Assembly (NCBI GenBank): GCA_951812395.1 | Contig: CATOSD010000002.1 | Span: forward strand, 255,049 to 319,048 | DNA from: an uncultured Dehalococcoidia bacterium | GTDB lineage: Bacteria > Chloroflexota > Dehalococcoidia > Lucifugimonadales > CATOSD01 | Reading direction: 5' to 3' | DNA: 64,000 nucleotides | In this document: positions 37,088-46,477 of the stretch, in pieces | How the letters are laid out: each line of letters starts with the position of its first letter | How positions within the stretch are numbered: position 1 is the first letter of the stretch | The notes under the pieces: generated by a model | Seen by the model: the letters and a program-made list of their open reading frames with translations, nothing else | Database searches by the model: none | Told to the model about the DNA's origin: nothing | Translations under genes and position numbers: made by a program

Positions 37088-37789
37088 TCAGCCGTCGAAT
37101 CGGTATCCTACTCCCCTTATGGTCACGATCCTCCGGGGCCTGCCGGGAACGGGCTCGATCTTCTCCCGCAGCCAGCGAACGTGCACGTCCACCGTCCGAG
37201 CGTCGCCGATGTAGTCGTAGCCCCAGAGGCGTTCCAGAATCTGCTCTCGCGTGAACGCCCTGCCCATGTTCTCCATCAACAGCGCGAGAAGGCTGAACTC
37301 GCGTGGCTTCATCGGGAGCGGCTGCCCATCCAGCCTCGCGCTGTGCCCGTCCACGTCCACTTCCAGGCCGTTCACGCTCAGCACGCTGCTGGGCGCCGGC
37401 GGAGAGTCCCGACCGGCGGGCGTCCTGGAGCGCCGCAGCAGGTTTCGCACCCTCACCACGAGCTCCCTCATGCTGAACGGCTTCGTAACGTAGTCGTCCG
37501 CGCCCAACTCCAGCCCCACCACCCGGTCGATCTCCTCGCCCTTCGCAGTCAGCATCAGTATCGGCACGTCGCTCTCGCGGCGCAGTATGCGGCACAGCTC
37601 GAACCCGTCGAGCTGTGGCAGCATGATGTCCAGCACCACCAGGTCAGGGTTGTCCTGGCGTGTCAGCGTGAGACCCTCTTCGCCGTCCGGCGCGGCCAGC
37701 ACCCGGTACCCCTCGTGTTCGAGGTTGTACCTGATTGCCTCCAGAATATTCTCTTCGTCCTCGACGACGAGCACGGTCTGTTCGGGCAT
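37088..37789 (-). CDS. phoB: OmpR/PhoB family response regulator
   Basis: VVEDE, LDIMLP, GADDYVTKPF, RTVDVHVRWLREKIE, RGVGYRF. Confidence 0.8.
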   Translation of the reverse strand: MPEQTVLVVEDEENILEAIRYNLEHEGYRVLAAPDGEEGLTLTRQDNPDLVVLDIMLPQLDGFELCRILRRESDVPILMLTAKGEEIDRVVGLELGADDYVTKPFSMRELVVRVRNLLRRSRTPAGRDSPPAPSSVLSVNGLEVDVDGHSARLDGQPLPMKPREFSLLALLMENMGRAFTREQILERLWGYDYIGDARTVDVHVRWLREKIEPVPGRPRRIVTIRGVGYRFDG

Positions 37790-37926
37790 GGCAGGCTCCG
37801 GTATGGTGAACTACGGCCCCATTATAGCGCGATTCGCGCAGCACGGGTGAGTCTCGAGTCTTCCAACGCTCAATGGCTGAGAGGCATAGGCTTATGGGCA
37901 GGGGGTGCAGGCCGTGTCCAGGTCCA

Positions 37927-37988
37927 TTCCCCCTTGATGGGCGAATGTTAGAGCCTGCCCTGAGCGTGTCGAAGGGATGGGGGTGAAG
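37927..37988 (+). repeat. REP family A with a nested 24-nt module (37952-37975)
   Basis: GTTAG|AGCCTGCCCTGAGCGTGTCGAAGG|GATGGGGGTGAAG. Confidence 0.8.
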
Positions 37989-38009
37989 GCGCGAACTCGT
38001 GCCCGCCCC

Positions 38010-38780
38010 TCAGCGCAGGACGAACGGCGAAACTCTCACACCGGCCTGCGGGTCGAGGTCCACCACGATGGCCGTCCTGGTCTGGGAGCCTGAGGGAGCG
38101 CCGGAATAGTACGCGGTGACGCCGTTCTGCGACACTTCCCGCAGCGCGTGAACATGCCCCAGCGCCACGTAGTCGCAGTCCGCCTCGGCTATCTCGGCGG
38201 TGGTGATAGGTGAAGACCGGAACTCGTCCACCGGCCCGTCCATGAACAGCCCGTGAGCCATGGGCACGTACCAGCAGCCCTGTGGCCGGGGCGGCAGATC
38301 GGCCATGGGCCGGTTCCCCGGGTGGTGATCGTACACGGGACGCCCCCACAGGGCCAGGCCCAACTCCGCCACGAACACCATGTCCGCGCCGTCCGTGCGC
38401 ATCAGTTTGAGGTTCGGAGGCAGCTTGGGCGACTTCCAGGCGGTGGTCAACAGCGTGTCGTGGTTGCCTGGCAGCACCACCACCGGCTTGCCGAGTGCGC
38501 CGAGGTCGGCCAACACCTTGTCCACCATGGCATCGGAGACACGCTTGTTGTCGAAGAGGTCCCCGGCGATTAGAAGCGCGTCCGCCTCATTCTGTCGCGC
38601 CGACGCGAGCACGGCGTCGAGGCCCTGCAGGGCGTCGTCCGCGTAGACGTCGCTGCCGACGTGCAAGTCCGAAGTGTGCAGCAGCCGGACCGCCGGACGT
38701 CTCCCATTCTCCTCAAGTTCGTATATCCCCAATGCCGTGAAACGCTCCCCAGATGGCCGATAGCTTAAAATCACGCCCAT
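38010..38780 (-). CDS. Metallophosphoesterase (SbcD/Mre11-like)
   Basis: HTSDLH, AGDLFD, PGNHD, AHG, LGHVH. Start uncertain. Confidence 0.85.
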   Translation of the reverse strand: MGVILSYRPSGERFTALGIYELEENGRRPAVRLLHTSDLHVGSDVYADDALQGLDAVLASARQNEADALLIAGDLFDNKRVSDAMVDKVLADLGALGKPVVVLPGNHDTLLTTAWKSPKLPPNLKLMRTDGADMVFVAELGLALWGRPVYDHHPGNRPMADLPPRPQGCWYVPMAHGLFMDGPVDEFRSSPITTAEIAEADCDYVALGHVHALREVSQNGVTAYYSGAPSGSQTRTAIVVDLDPQAGVRVSPFVLR

Positions 38781-38824
38781 TGTATGCTATCGTGAAATTG
38801 GGAACAAGCAAACTTGCACAGTCG

Positions 38825-38862
38825 CTTCCCCTTCGATGGGGGAATGTTAGGATGGGGCTGAA
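38825..38862 (+). repeat. REP family A
   Basis: CTTCCCCTTCGATGGGGGAATGTTAGGATGGGGCTGAA. Confidence 0.75.
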
Positions 38863-38888
38863 GGACTGCCCATCCCCCGGAGTCCCTG

Positions 38889-40025
38889 TTGAGCGAGTAC
38901 GAACTAGTAGAGACCACTGACCAGCTGGCCCGAGCGGCGGACGCTCTGTCCAGGTCGTCGACCGTCGCCGTCGACCTGGAGTCCAACGGATTCTTCAGGT
39001 ACAGGGAGCAGATTTGCCTGGTGCAGCTCGCTTCCACCGACGCCGTGTACCTCGTCGACCCGCTGGCCGTCGGAGACATCTCCCCGCTTGGCGAGCTTAT
39101 GGCCGAGCCGGCGGTGGAAAAAATCTTCCACGCCTCCGGTTACGACATACGCAGCCTGGACAGGGACTGGGGCTTCAGAGTGAACAGCCTGTTCGACACG
39201 TCCGTGGCCGCGGCGTTCGTCGGCTCCAAACGCCTCGGACTGCAGGCCGTGCTTGAGGAGCACGCCGGGGTCAGGCTCCCCAAGCCGCGAAGGCTCCAGC
39301 GGTCCGACTGGACGGTTCGCCCGCTGAGCGACGAGGCCATGCGCTACGCCGCCGGCGACGTTGCGTATCTCGCGCGGCTGCGGAACACCCTCGCCGACCG
39401 GCTCCGGAGGCTCGAACGCACTCACTGGGTGCGAGAGGAATGCGAACGCATGGGACGGCTCCGGCACTCCGAACCGGATAGAGAAGGGGCCTTCCTGTCC
39501 GTCAAAGGAAGCCGCGCGCTCGACGGGCGAGGGCTGGCCGTGCTGCGCTCGCTGTGCCGGCTTCGAGAGGAGCTGGCCCGCGAGTTGGACAGGCCGCCGT
39601 TCAAGGTTATGTCCAACGACGCTCTCCTTAGCGTGTCGGCGGACCCGGACACTAAGCTCGGTGAGGTGAAAGGCCTGGGCCGGTTCAGGCGGCGGCCGGG
39701 CGTGCAAAGACTCAGGGACGCCATTCGGGAGGGCCTGGACGCGGACCCGGTACGTCCGCCAAAACAGACACCCTACCGCGAGCGGCTGAGCCCGTCGGAG
39801 CGCGGCAAAGTGGGCGAACGTATGAAGCGGCTCAAGCAGTGGCGGACGGCGCTGGGCACGCAGTTGGGGCTGGACCCCAGCCTCCTCTGGCCCACCGCGA
39901 GCCTGACACGGCTCGCGCGCAGCCCCGGCACCCTTTCTGCCGAGCTCGAAAGCCCGGACGTGCGCCTCTGGCAGTCGAGGGAATTCGACCACTCGCTGCG
40001 AGACGTCCTGTCCTCGCTCGGCTAA
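38889..40025 (+). CDS. rnd: Ribonuclease D (DEDDy plus HRDC)
   Basis: AVDLE, CLVQL, LFDT, SDWTVRPL, YAAGD, HRDC region. Confidence 0.9.
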   Translation: MSEYELVETTDQLARAADALSRSSTVAVDLESNGFFRYREQICLVQLASTDAVYLVDPLAVGDISPLGELMAEPAVEKIFHASGYDIRSLDRDWGFRVNSLFDTSVAAAFVGSKRLGLQAVLEEHAGVRLPKPRRLQRSDWTVRPLSDEAMRYAAGDVAYLARLRNTLADRLRRLERTHWVREECERMGRLRHSEPDREGAFLSVKGSRALDGRGLAVLRSLCRLREELARELDRPPFKVMSNDALLSVSADPDTKLGEVKGLGRFRRRPGVQRLRDAIREGLDADPVRPPKQTPYRERLSPSERGKVGERMKRLKQWRTALGTQLGLDPSLLWPTASLTRLARSPGTLSAELESPDVRLWQSREFDHSLRDVLSSLG

Positions 40026-40053
40026 CAGTCCGTATGACCGGAGGAGGCACGGC

Positions 40054-41346
40054 TTGAGAGCTGCGGCATATGTAATCGTCCTGTTCGCGCTGCTGGGTGC
40101 GGTCGCTGTATTCGGCGAGAGCGGCGGGACGCTCTCCACTACGGAGCCGTCGCCCCCCAGGACCACTGTCGATCAGGTGGCCTACGTCGACCTGGATGGC
40201 AGGGTGATGACCGTTGAGCCGGACGGCAGGAATCCGACGAGACTGAGCCCCGAGGAGGGCTTCTACACCTGGCCTGCCTGGTCGCCCGACGCCCGCAGGG
40301 TAGCCTTCTCCGGCGTGACAGCCGAGGCCGGTTCTCGAAGGCCTCTGACGCTGTTTGTGGGTCAGGCGGGAGATGAGGACGCGGGAGAACCACGCGCCGT
40401 GTTCGTGAACGAGAGGGGATTTGGGCCTGTGCTCGCCAGCATGCCTCACTACACTCTGTGGTCGCCCGACAGCCGCTGGCTCAGCTTCATGGCCAACACG
40501 CCCAGCGGCCTGTCACTGCTTCTGGACGACCCGGACGACGATGACGAAGCCAGCTTGCTGCTGACTGGCGCCCCGCTGTACGCATCATGGTCGGCCAACT
40601 CGGAGGACCTGCTGGCGCACGCGGGCGTGGGACACCACTTCGTGGACGTGAACGACGACTATGCCGTCAACGATCTGGACATTCTCGCGGCGGGCTACCG
40701 CGTGCCGGCGTGGCGGCCCCGCACGGGCAGCGTGGCCTACGTGTCCGAGAGCCCGGACGGGGCCGGGACGCTGTACCTGGACGATCCGGCTCAGGGGCGG
40801 CGCAAAGCGCTGGATGAGGCGCGCGGAGTCACCGCGTTCCTGTGGTCGCCCGACGGCGATGCTCTGGCGGTCGCACACTCGGGGCAGGTCTCCCCGGTCT
40901 CCGGCGGCTATGTGTACCGGGGAGTGAGGCTAATCTCGCCCGAGGGCGAACGGCGAGACGTGGAGATCGACCAGATAGTTGTGGCCTTCTTCTGGTCGCC
41001 CGACAGCGAGAAGATCGCCTACGTTACCTTCGCTGAGGGTGGGGAAGGGCTGCGCTGGAACATCCTGGACGTTGCGTCCGGCCAGCGCTGGCCCCTTGTG
41101 GACTTCGTCCCCACGAGAGACCAGCTCAGCATATTGGTCTTCTTCGACCAGTTCGCCTACTCTCACCGCGTCTGGTCGCCCGACTCGCGCTCGCTGGTGT
41201 TCGCCGGCGGAATCGTCGGCAACGTCGGCGTGTCGGCGTCTCTGTCCCTCCAGGAGACCCCGAAGGTGCTGGTGCTGCCTATCGAGCCGGCCTCCACCGC
41301 GCAAACCCTCGCAGACGGGATAATGGCCACCTGGTCACCCCGCTAA
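40054..41346 (+). CDS. Secreted TolB-like (PD40) beta-propeller
   Basis: Signal peptide and repeated WSPD motifs. Confidence 0.8.
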   Translation: MRAAAYVIVLFALLGAVAVFGESGGTLSTTEPSPPRTTVDQVAYVDLDGRVMTVEPDGRNPTRLSPEEGFYTWPAWSPDARRVAFSGVTAEAGSRRPLTLFVGQAGDEDAGEPRAVFVNERGFGPVLASMPHYTLWSPDSRWLSFMANTPSGLSLLLDDPDDDDEASLLLTGAPLYASWSANSEDLLAHAGVGHHFVDVNDDYAVNDLDILAAGYRVPAWRPRTGSVAYVSESPDGAGTLYLDDPAQGRRKALDEARGVTAFLWSPDGDALAVAHSGQVSPVSGGYVYRGVRLISPEGERRDVEIDQIVVAFFWSPDSEKIAYVTFAEGGEGLRWNILDVASGQRWPLVDFVPTRDQLSILVFFDQFAYSHRVWSPDSRSLVFAGGIVGNVGVSASLSLQETPKVLVLPIEPASTAQTLADGIMATWSPR

Positions 41347-41487
41347 CGGCGGGCATCCTGCACCGTCATTTCGTGCGCAGCCCTCAATGTCAATCCGAGT
41401 GTGGCCGAGGAATCTGCGCCGACAGTGGGGGAGTGGCAAGCGGCTATTCGCGAAATCGAGCTAAGTGCATCTTCAGATAGGAAGACC

Positions 41488-42882
41488 ATGGCAACCGTAG
41501 AAGGAAAGCCAACCCTGTTGCGAATAGCCATTGTCGGGGGAGGCATCTCGGGCCTGGGGGCCGCATGGGCGCTGAGCCACAGCCCGGACCGCTTTGACTT
41601 CCGGCTGTACGAAGCCCGGGCACAGATCGGCGGAAATGCCATCACGGTGGACATGCCACAGGACGACGGCGGCTCGATACCTTTCGACATCTCCGTAACC
41701 GCCTGCATCCCGTTAGTCTATCCCCACATCCTGTTGCTGATGGAGAAGTTTGGCATAGACCTGGTCGATACCAGGTTCAGCTACAGCGTGAAGTACGGCG
41801 GCCAGGTCTACGCGCACGACCTCGATTCCTCTATCAGGGACCAGCTTCAGCCGGAGATAGCCAGGTTTCAACGACTCCTCCGCCGCCTGCACAGGTTTGG
41901 CTGGCTGACCCGCTCCCGTTCGAAGTTCCTGAATTCCCTGAACCCGTACAATTACATCAGCATGGGAACGCTTCTCAACCTGGGAGGATACTCAGGCGAC
42001 TTCAGGTACAAGGTGCTGAAGCCCATGTTCGTCAACTTCCTGATGGCGACGAACGTGTTCGACATGCCCGCCTCTCTTTTTTCGAGGTATCTTGACTTCT
42101 TTGACATCGAATCCGCCACTCCCATGCAGACGTGGGACCAGGGAACGCGACGCATCTACGAGAACCTATCGGCCGGGTTCCAAGAGAAGATCTACCTCGA
42201 ACGGCCTGTCCGAAAGGTGTACCGCCACAAGTCCGGCGTCGTTATCGAGGACGAAGACGGCGTACGGGAGACGTTTGATAAGGTGGTCTTCGCTTGCAAC
42301 GCGAACCAGACTCTGATGATCCTCGACAAACCCACTTTCCTGGAGCGCTACATCCTCTCGTCAGTTCGCTACGAGAGCGAACTCCACAACCATACGGTCG
42401 TCCACTCCGACTCTTCTGTCCTCCCCGACAACGAAGCGAAGCCTCTGGCCACACGAAGCAATCACATCGAGCAATACGGGGCGAGACCGGACAACTACGA
42501 AATCACCTACATCATGCACAACCAACAACCGTGGGCTGGCCGGTCCGACAAGCCCTGCCTCGTGACCTACAATCCTGTCAGCCAGATCGACGAGCGGAAG
42601 GTCGTCAAGAGGTGGTGGTTTCAGCATGTCGTCCACGACGTTCGCCACGTCGTGTTGCTCGTCAATCTGTTCCGCTTCATCCAGGGCAAAAGGCACACCT
42701 GGCATTGTGGGGCCCACACGCTCATCAACAGCCAGGAGACGTGCTTTGTAACCGGACTGGCCGCCGCAAGGCAGATCGGCGCGGACTACCCGTTCGCCGA
42801 TCCCGAGGCAATGCGTACGTTCAACTACTACGGACGCATCATGTACGGCTGGCGCTTCAAGAAGGCCAAGCGGCGCAAGTAG
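41488..42882 (+). CDS. FAD-dependent oxidoreductase (amine oxidase-like)
   Basis: IAIVGGGISGLGAAW, EARAQIGG, C-terminal WHCGAH. Confidence 0.82.
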   Translation: MATVEGKPTLLRIAIVGGGISGLGAAWALSHSPDRFDFRLYEARAQIGGNAITVDMPQDDGGSIPFDISVTACIPLVYPHILLLMEKFGIDLVDTRFSYSVKYGGQVYAHDLDSSIRDQLQPEIARFQRLLRRLHRFGWLTRSRSKFLNSLNPYNYISMGTLLNLGGYSGDFRYKVLKPMFVNFLMATNVFDMPASLFSRYLDFFDIESATPMQTWDQGTRRIYENLSAGFQEKIYLERPVRKVYRHKSGVVIEDEDGVRETFDKVVFACNANQTLMILDKPTFLERYILSSVRYESELHNHTVVHSDSSVLPDNEAKPLATRSNHIEQYGARPDNYEITYIMHNQQPWAGRSDKPCLVTYNPVSQIDERKVVKRWWFQHVVHDVRHVVLLVNLFRFIQGKRHTWHCGAHTLINSQETCFVTGLAAARQIGADYPFADPEAMRTFNYYGRIMYGWRFKKAKRRK

Positions 42883-42958
42883 CCGATTGTCACGTACTGG
42901 CATTTTTCTGCTGGATATGGAATAGCAATGGCTGTTGTTCAACGCGACCTCTAGTCTT

Positions 42959-43080
42959 CTGACGGTCGGCAGGGCCTTGTGGTAGGCTCAGCGGTACCCC
43001 CTATCTCTTCGCCGGTAGGGTCGAGACCGCCCTTTGTGGCGGTCTCTGTATTTGTAAGGGGAGCGGTGACCATGACAAAC
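42959..43080 (+). repeat. Copy 1 of the promoter plus two-hairpin leader (orphaned)
   Basis: CTGACG-18-TAGGCT, hairpins 42999-43020 and 43023-43046, RBS, then GTG ACC ATG ACA AAC. Confidence 0.75.
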
Positions 43081-43216
43081 AGAGCTTGTGTCAGATTATT
43101 AGGAGCGCAAGAAATCGTCTTTCCCGAGCCCTCATTCGTCTTTCCCGCGAAAGCGGGAATCCAGAGGGGCCGGGACCTCCGTGTAGAGTCTGCCTAGTGA
43201 TCTGACACAGGCTCTG
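43080..43216. mobile_element. MITE-like element with ~24-bp terminal inverted repeats and an internal REP
   Basis: CAGAGCTTGTGTCAGATTATTAGG ... CCTAGTGATCTGACACAGGCTCTG (21/24 complementary). Internal GTCTTTCCCGCGAAAGCGGGAATCCAG. Confidence 0.75.
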
Positions 43217-43230
43217 ACCAACAATCATGG

Positions 43231-43340
43231 TTGACGACCGCGGAGGCTTAGTGATACTATTCAGATACCGCACCTATCGCTTCGGCGGTAGGCCCGAGAC
43301 CGCCCTCTGTGGCGGTCTCTGTCTTTGTAGGAGAGCACGA
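43231..43340 (+). promoter_or_regulatory. Copy 2 of the promoter plus two-hairpin leader, upstream of NYN
   Basis: TTGACG-18-TACTAT (TG-extended), CCTATCGC-TTCG-GCGGTAGG, GAGACCGCC-ctctgt-GGCGGTCTC, AGGAG RBS. Confidence 0.75.
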
Positions 43341-43972
43341 TTGCTTACCAACGTTTCCATAGACGGATTCAATCTCTACTACCGTGCCCTCAAAGACACC
43401 CCATTCCGATGGCTTGACCTGCGTAAGCTTGCCGAGTCTCTCTTCCCGGATGACACTGTCCAGAAGGTCTGTTATTTCACCGCGCGGCTAGAGGCGCGCC
43501 CAGGCAATCTGTTTCAACCTCAGCGGCAACAGGCGTACTTGAGAGCGCTCGCGACTTTGCCTGGCTACACGAAGTCTACTACGGCGTGTTTCGCTCCGGG
43601 TTCAGGCGCCGCCCGCTGGCCGAGCCGGTTCCGGGTCTGCCCACCCAAGTCCTGGTCAGAGAATCCGAAGAGAAAGGATCGGACGTGAACCTTGCTACGC
43701 GCCTTTTGGTGGACGGCTTCAATGGGGATTACGAGCAGGCGGTCGTCGTGTCGAACGACGCCGATTTCGCTGGCGCGATGCTCTATGTCCGCAACAACCT
43801 GGGGCTTCGCGTGACGCTGGTGAACCCAGACGCCAAGACCCGTAGTCCCACCCGGCTGGCCGACGCTGCGACTTACGTGAAGCGCCTGTGGAAGAGCCAC
43901 CTGCGGCGCCGCCGGTTCCCCGACACGCTGACAGACGACGTCGGCGTCATCACCAAGCCCCCCGGCTGGTAA
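43341..43972 (+). pseudogene. NYN/LabA-DUF88 (PIN-like) RNase, frameshifted
   Basis: IDGFNLYY in one frame; EEKGSDVNLA and VVSNDADF in the next. A 2-nt AC duplication at ~43569 explains the shift. Confidence 0.85.
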
Positions 43973-44078
43973 GCCAATCTCGGCCCTCCATACTAGCCAC
44001 ACCCTCCCGTCGCGTCACCCCGGCTCGTGATAGAATAGCGCCACACCGCCTTCCCAACCTACCCGAGGAGCGTCCCCA

Positions 44079-45710
44079 ATGGCCGGTGAAGCCGACAATC
44101 CCAAAAGCGCCAGCACGCCGCCTCCCGCCGAACGCAAAGACCGCTTTGCCACCGTGTCCGGCATCCCCATAGACCGCGCCTACACGGCCGACAGCCGCGA
44201 AACTGCGCCGGGCGAGCCGGACGTGCCGGGCCGCTATCCGTTCCTGCGCGGCGTCCACGCCACCGGGTACCGCGGTCGGCTTTGGACCATGCGCATGTTC
44301 GCCGGGTTCGGCGCCGCCGAGGACACCAACCAGCGCTTCAAGTACCTGCTCGAGCAGGGCCAGTCCGGCCTGAGCGTCGCCTTCGACATGCCCACGCTGT
44401 ACGGCTACGACACCGACGACCCGCCCGCGCAAGGCGAGTTCGGCAAGTGCGGCGTCGCTGTCTCCTCTCTCGCCGACATGGAGATTCTCTTCGACGGTAT
44501 CCCCCAGGACCAGGTCACCACGTCGATGACCATCAACGCGCCCGCGGCCATCATCTGGGCCATGTACATCGCCGCGGCCGAAAAGCGCGGCATCCCCGCC
44601 GCCTCGCTCGGCGGCACCATACAGAACGACATCCTCAAGGAGTACACCGCCCAGAACGAGTACATCTTCCCGGTGGAACCCTCCATGAGGCTGGTCGTCG
44701 ACACCATCGAGTACGCCTCCGAAAACCTGCCGCGCTGGAATCCCATCAGCATTAGCGGCTACCACATACGGGAGGCCGGCTCCACCGCCGTGCAGGAGCT
44801 GGCGTTCACGCTCGCCGACGGATTCGAGTACGTCCGCGCGTGTCAGGAGCGCGGCCTGGACGTGGACGACTTCGCACCCCGCCTCAGCTTCTTCTTCAAC
44901 GTCCACCAGGACTTCTTCGAGGAGATCGCCAAGTTCAGGGCGGCCCGCAGAATCTGGGCGCGCGAGATGCGTGAACGGTTCGGCGCGAAGAACGAACGCT
45001 CCTGGTGGCTCCGCACCCACGCCCAGACGGCGGGCGCGACGCTCACCGCCGAGCAGCCGGAGAACAACGTGGTCAGGGTGGCCATCCAGGCCCTCGCCGC
45101 CGTGCTCAGCGGCGCCCAGTCGCTGCACACCAACTCGATGGACGAGGCCTGGGCGCTTCCCAGCCAGGCCGCCGCTCGTCTCGCGCTCCGAACCCAGCAG
45201 ATAATCGCGCACGAGACCGGCGTCACAGACACCGTGGACCCTCTCGGCGGCAGCCACTATCTGGAGTGGCTAACGGACAAACTGGAGACCGGAGCCTACG
45301 ACTACTTCCGCCGCATCGAGGAGGCTGGCGGCGTCAGGGCCGCCGTGGACGACGGCTTCTTCGTGCGCGAGATAGCCGAAGCCGCCTCCGACTTCCAGCG
45401 CGAGCTGGAGCGCAACGAGCGGGTGATCGTCGGCGTAAACGAGTTCACCGGTGACGACGCTCTGGACATCCCGCTGCTGCGCGTGGACGAGGAGGGCGAG
45501 CGCCGTCACCTGGAGCGGCTCAGCCGCGTGCGGCGTGAGCGGGACGCCGAGGCCGCGGCGGTTGCGCTCCGCCGCCTCCGCGACGCCGCCACAGGCGACG
45601 CCAACCTCATGCCCCACATCCTCGAAGCCGTCAGGGCCTACGCCACGCTAGGCGAGATGATGGGCGTGCTCCGCGACGAGTGGGGCGAATACCAGCCCAC
45701 CTGGTACTAG
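44079..45710 (+). CDS. B12-dependent acyl-CoA mutase large subunit (isobutyryl-CoA mutase-like signature)
   Basis: [49 protein letters not shown]. No B12-binding domain. Confidence 0.9.
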   Translation: MAGEADNPKSASTPPPAERKDRFATVSGIPIDRAYTADSRETAPGEPDVPGRYPFLRGVHATGYRGRLWTMRMFAGFGAAEDTNQRFKYLLEQGQSGLSVAFDMPTLYGYDTDDPPAQGEFGKCGVAVSSLADMEILFDGIPQDQVTTSMTINAPAAIIWAMYIAAAEKRGIPAASLGGTIQNDILKEYTAQNEYIFPVEPSMRLVVDTIEYASENLPRWNPISISGYHIREAGSTAVQELAFTLADGFEYVRACQERGLDVDDFAPRLSFFFNVHQDFFEEIAKFRAARRIWAREMRERFGAKNERSWWLRTHAQTAGATLTAEQPENNVVRVAIQALAAVLSGAQSLHTNSMDEAWALPSQAAARLALRTQQIIAHETGVTDTVDPLGGSHYLEWLTDKLETGAYDYFRRIEEAGGVRAAVDDGFFVREIAEAASDFQRELERNERVIVGVNEFTGDDALDIPLLRVDEEGERRHLERLSRVRRERDAEAAAVALRRLRDAATGDANLMPHILEAVRAYATLGEMMGVLRDEWGEYQPTWY

Positions 45711-46477
45711 CGCGCGGCTATCGGGGCATTTACGGCAGCGATTGGTTGGTACTCCGGCAGATCCCGCATAGGGCTGAACCCCTTCGGCAGTCTGCCACGG
45801 AAGTCCACCAGAAGCCGGTGGCTAAGCGGCGCGTCGCCATTTACCTGCGCCACCGTTGCCTCGACCTCTTCTACAATCCACGCATTGTCTTGATGCATAC
45901 CGGCGAGCAGATAATGCGGCAACCAGCCCACTAGGTAGTGGTCAGTCGTCTTGACGATTATCGAGTGCGTTGCAACGGGGTTGTTTAACTCGAATGCGAA
46001 CTCTAGCGACTCTCCAGGTTCAAGCAGTTCGGAGCGCTGAATCGAGTCGGGGTTTGTGTAACGCAGGCCGTGCAGGATGAAGCGCGTAGTGAAGTGGCCT
46101 GACTCGTCGGGCGTAATCGCTGGGAATGTCTCGAAGCTGTCCGAGCGGACGCGGCCGCCCGAAAGCGAAAGTTCTGTCACCACGTCCCAACTATCGGGAT
46201 TCATGCCGAGCATCGCCAGGTACTCCGGACGATCGGGCCGACTCAGATTCATGATTCGATTGCGAAACATTGGGAAGATTGCCGGCGCCTTGTACAGCCG
46301 ATCAAACTCCATGAATCCAGGCACCATGAAGAAGCTTGCTTCATCCTTCGCCTGTTCCGCGCCCTGTAGGTAGGCAAACTCGTACTCGGCGGGCTCGGCT
46401 TCGTGGCGGACAAGTCTTCCCACCGGAAACCACTTTCGGCTGCGGGGGTGTTGCCAGGCCACGTAAAGGGAGTTCAT
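45707..46477 (-). CDS. HipS-like N-terminus plus HIRAN domain protein
   Basis: LYVAWQ...VGRL...YEFAY; HIRAN HGLRY...ELNNP...VGWLP. ATG overlaps the kinase stop. Confidence 0.8.
   Translation of the reverse strand: MNSLYVAWQHPRSRKWFPVGRLVRHEAEPAEYEFAYLQGAEQAKDEASFFMVPGFMEFDRLYKAPAIFPMFRNRIMNLSRPDRPEYLAMLGMNPDSWDVVTELSLSGGRVRSDSFETFPAITPDESGHFTTRFILHGLRYTNPDSIQRSELLEPGESLEFAFELNNPVATHSIIVKTTDHYLVGWLPHYLLAGMHQDNAWIVEEVEATVAQVNGDAPLSHRLLVDFRGRLPKGFSPMRDLPEYQPIAAVNAPIAAR

Noticed and set aside
35319-37595. 758-aa kinase with a long N-terminal extension (also the 834-aa vWA ORF from 52566)
   Set aside because: The extensions overlap the response regulator and sigma genes in another frame; they are ORF-caller artefacts.
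43973-44078. Cobalamin riboswitch before the mutase (also a Moco riboswitch before 51123)
   Set aside because: No consensus elements are visible. The structure before 51123 is explained by REP repeats.
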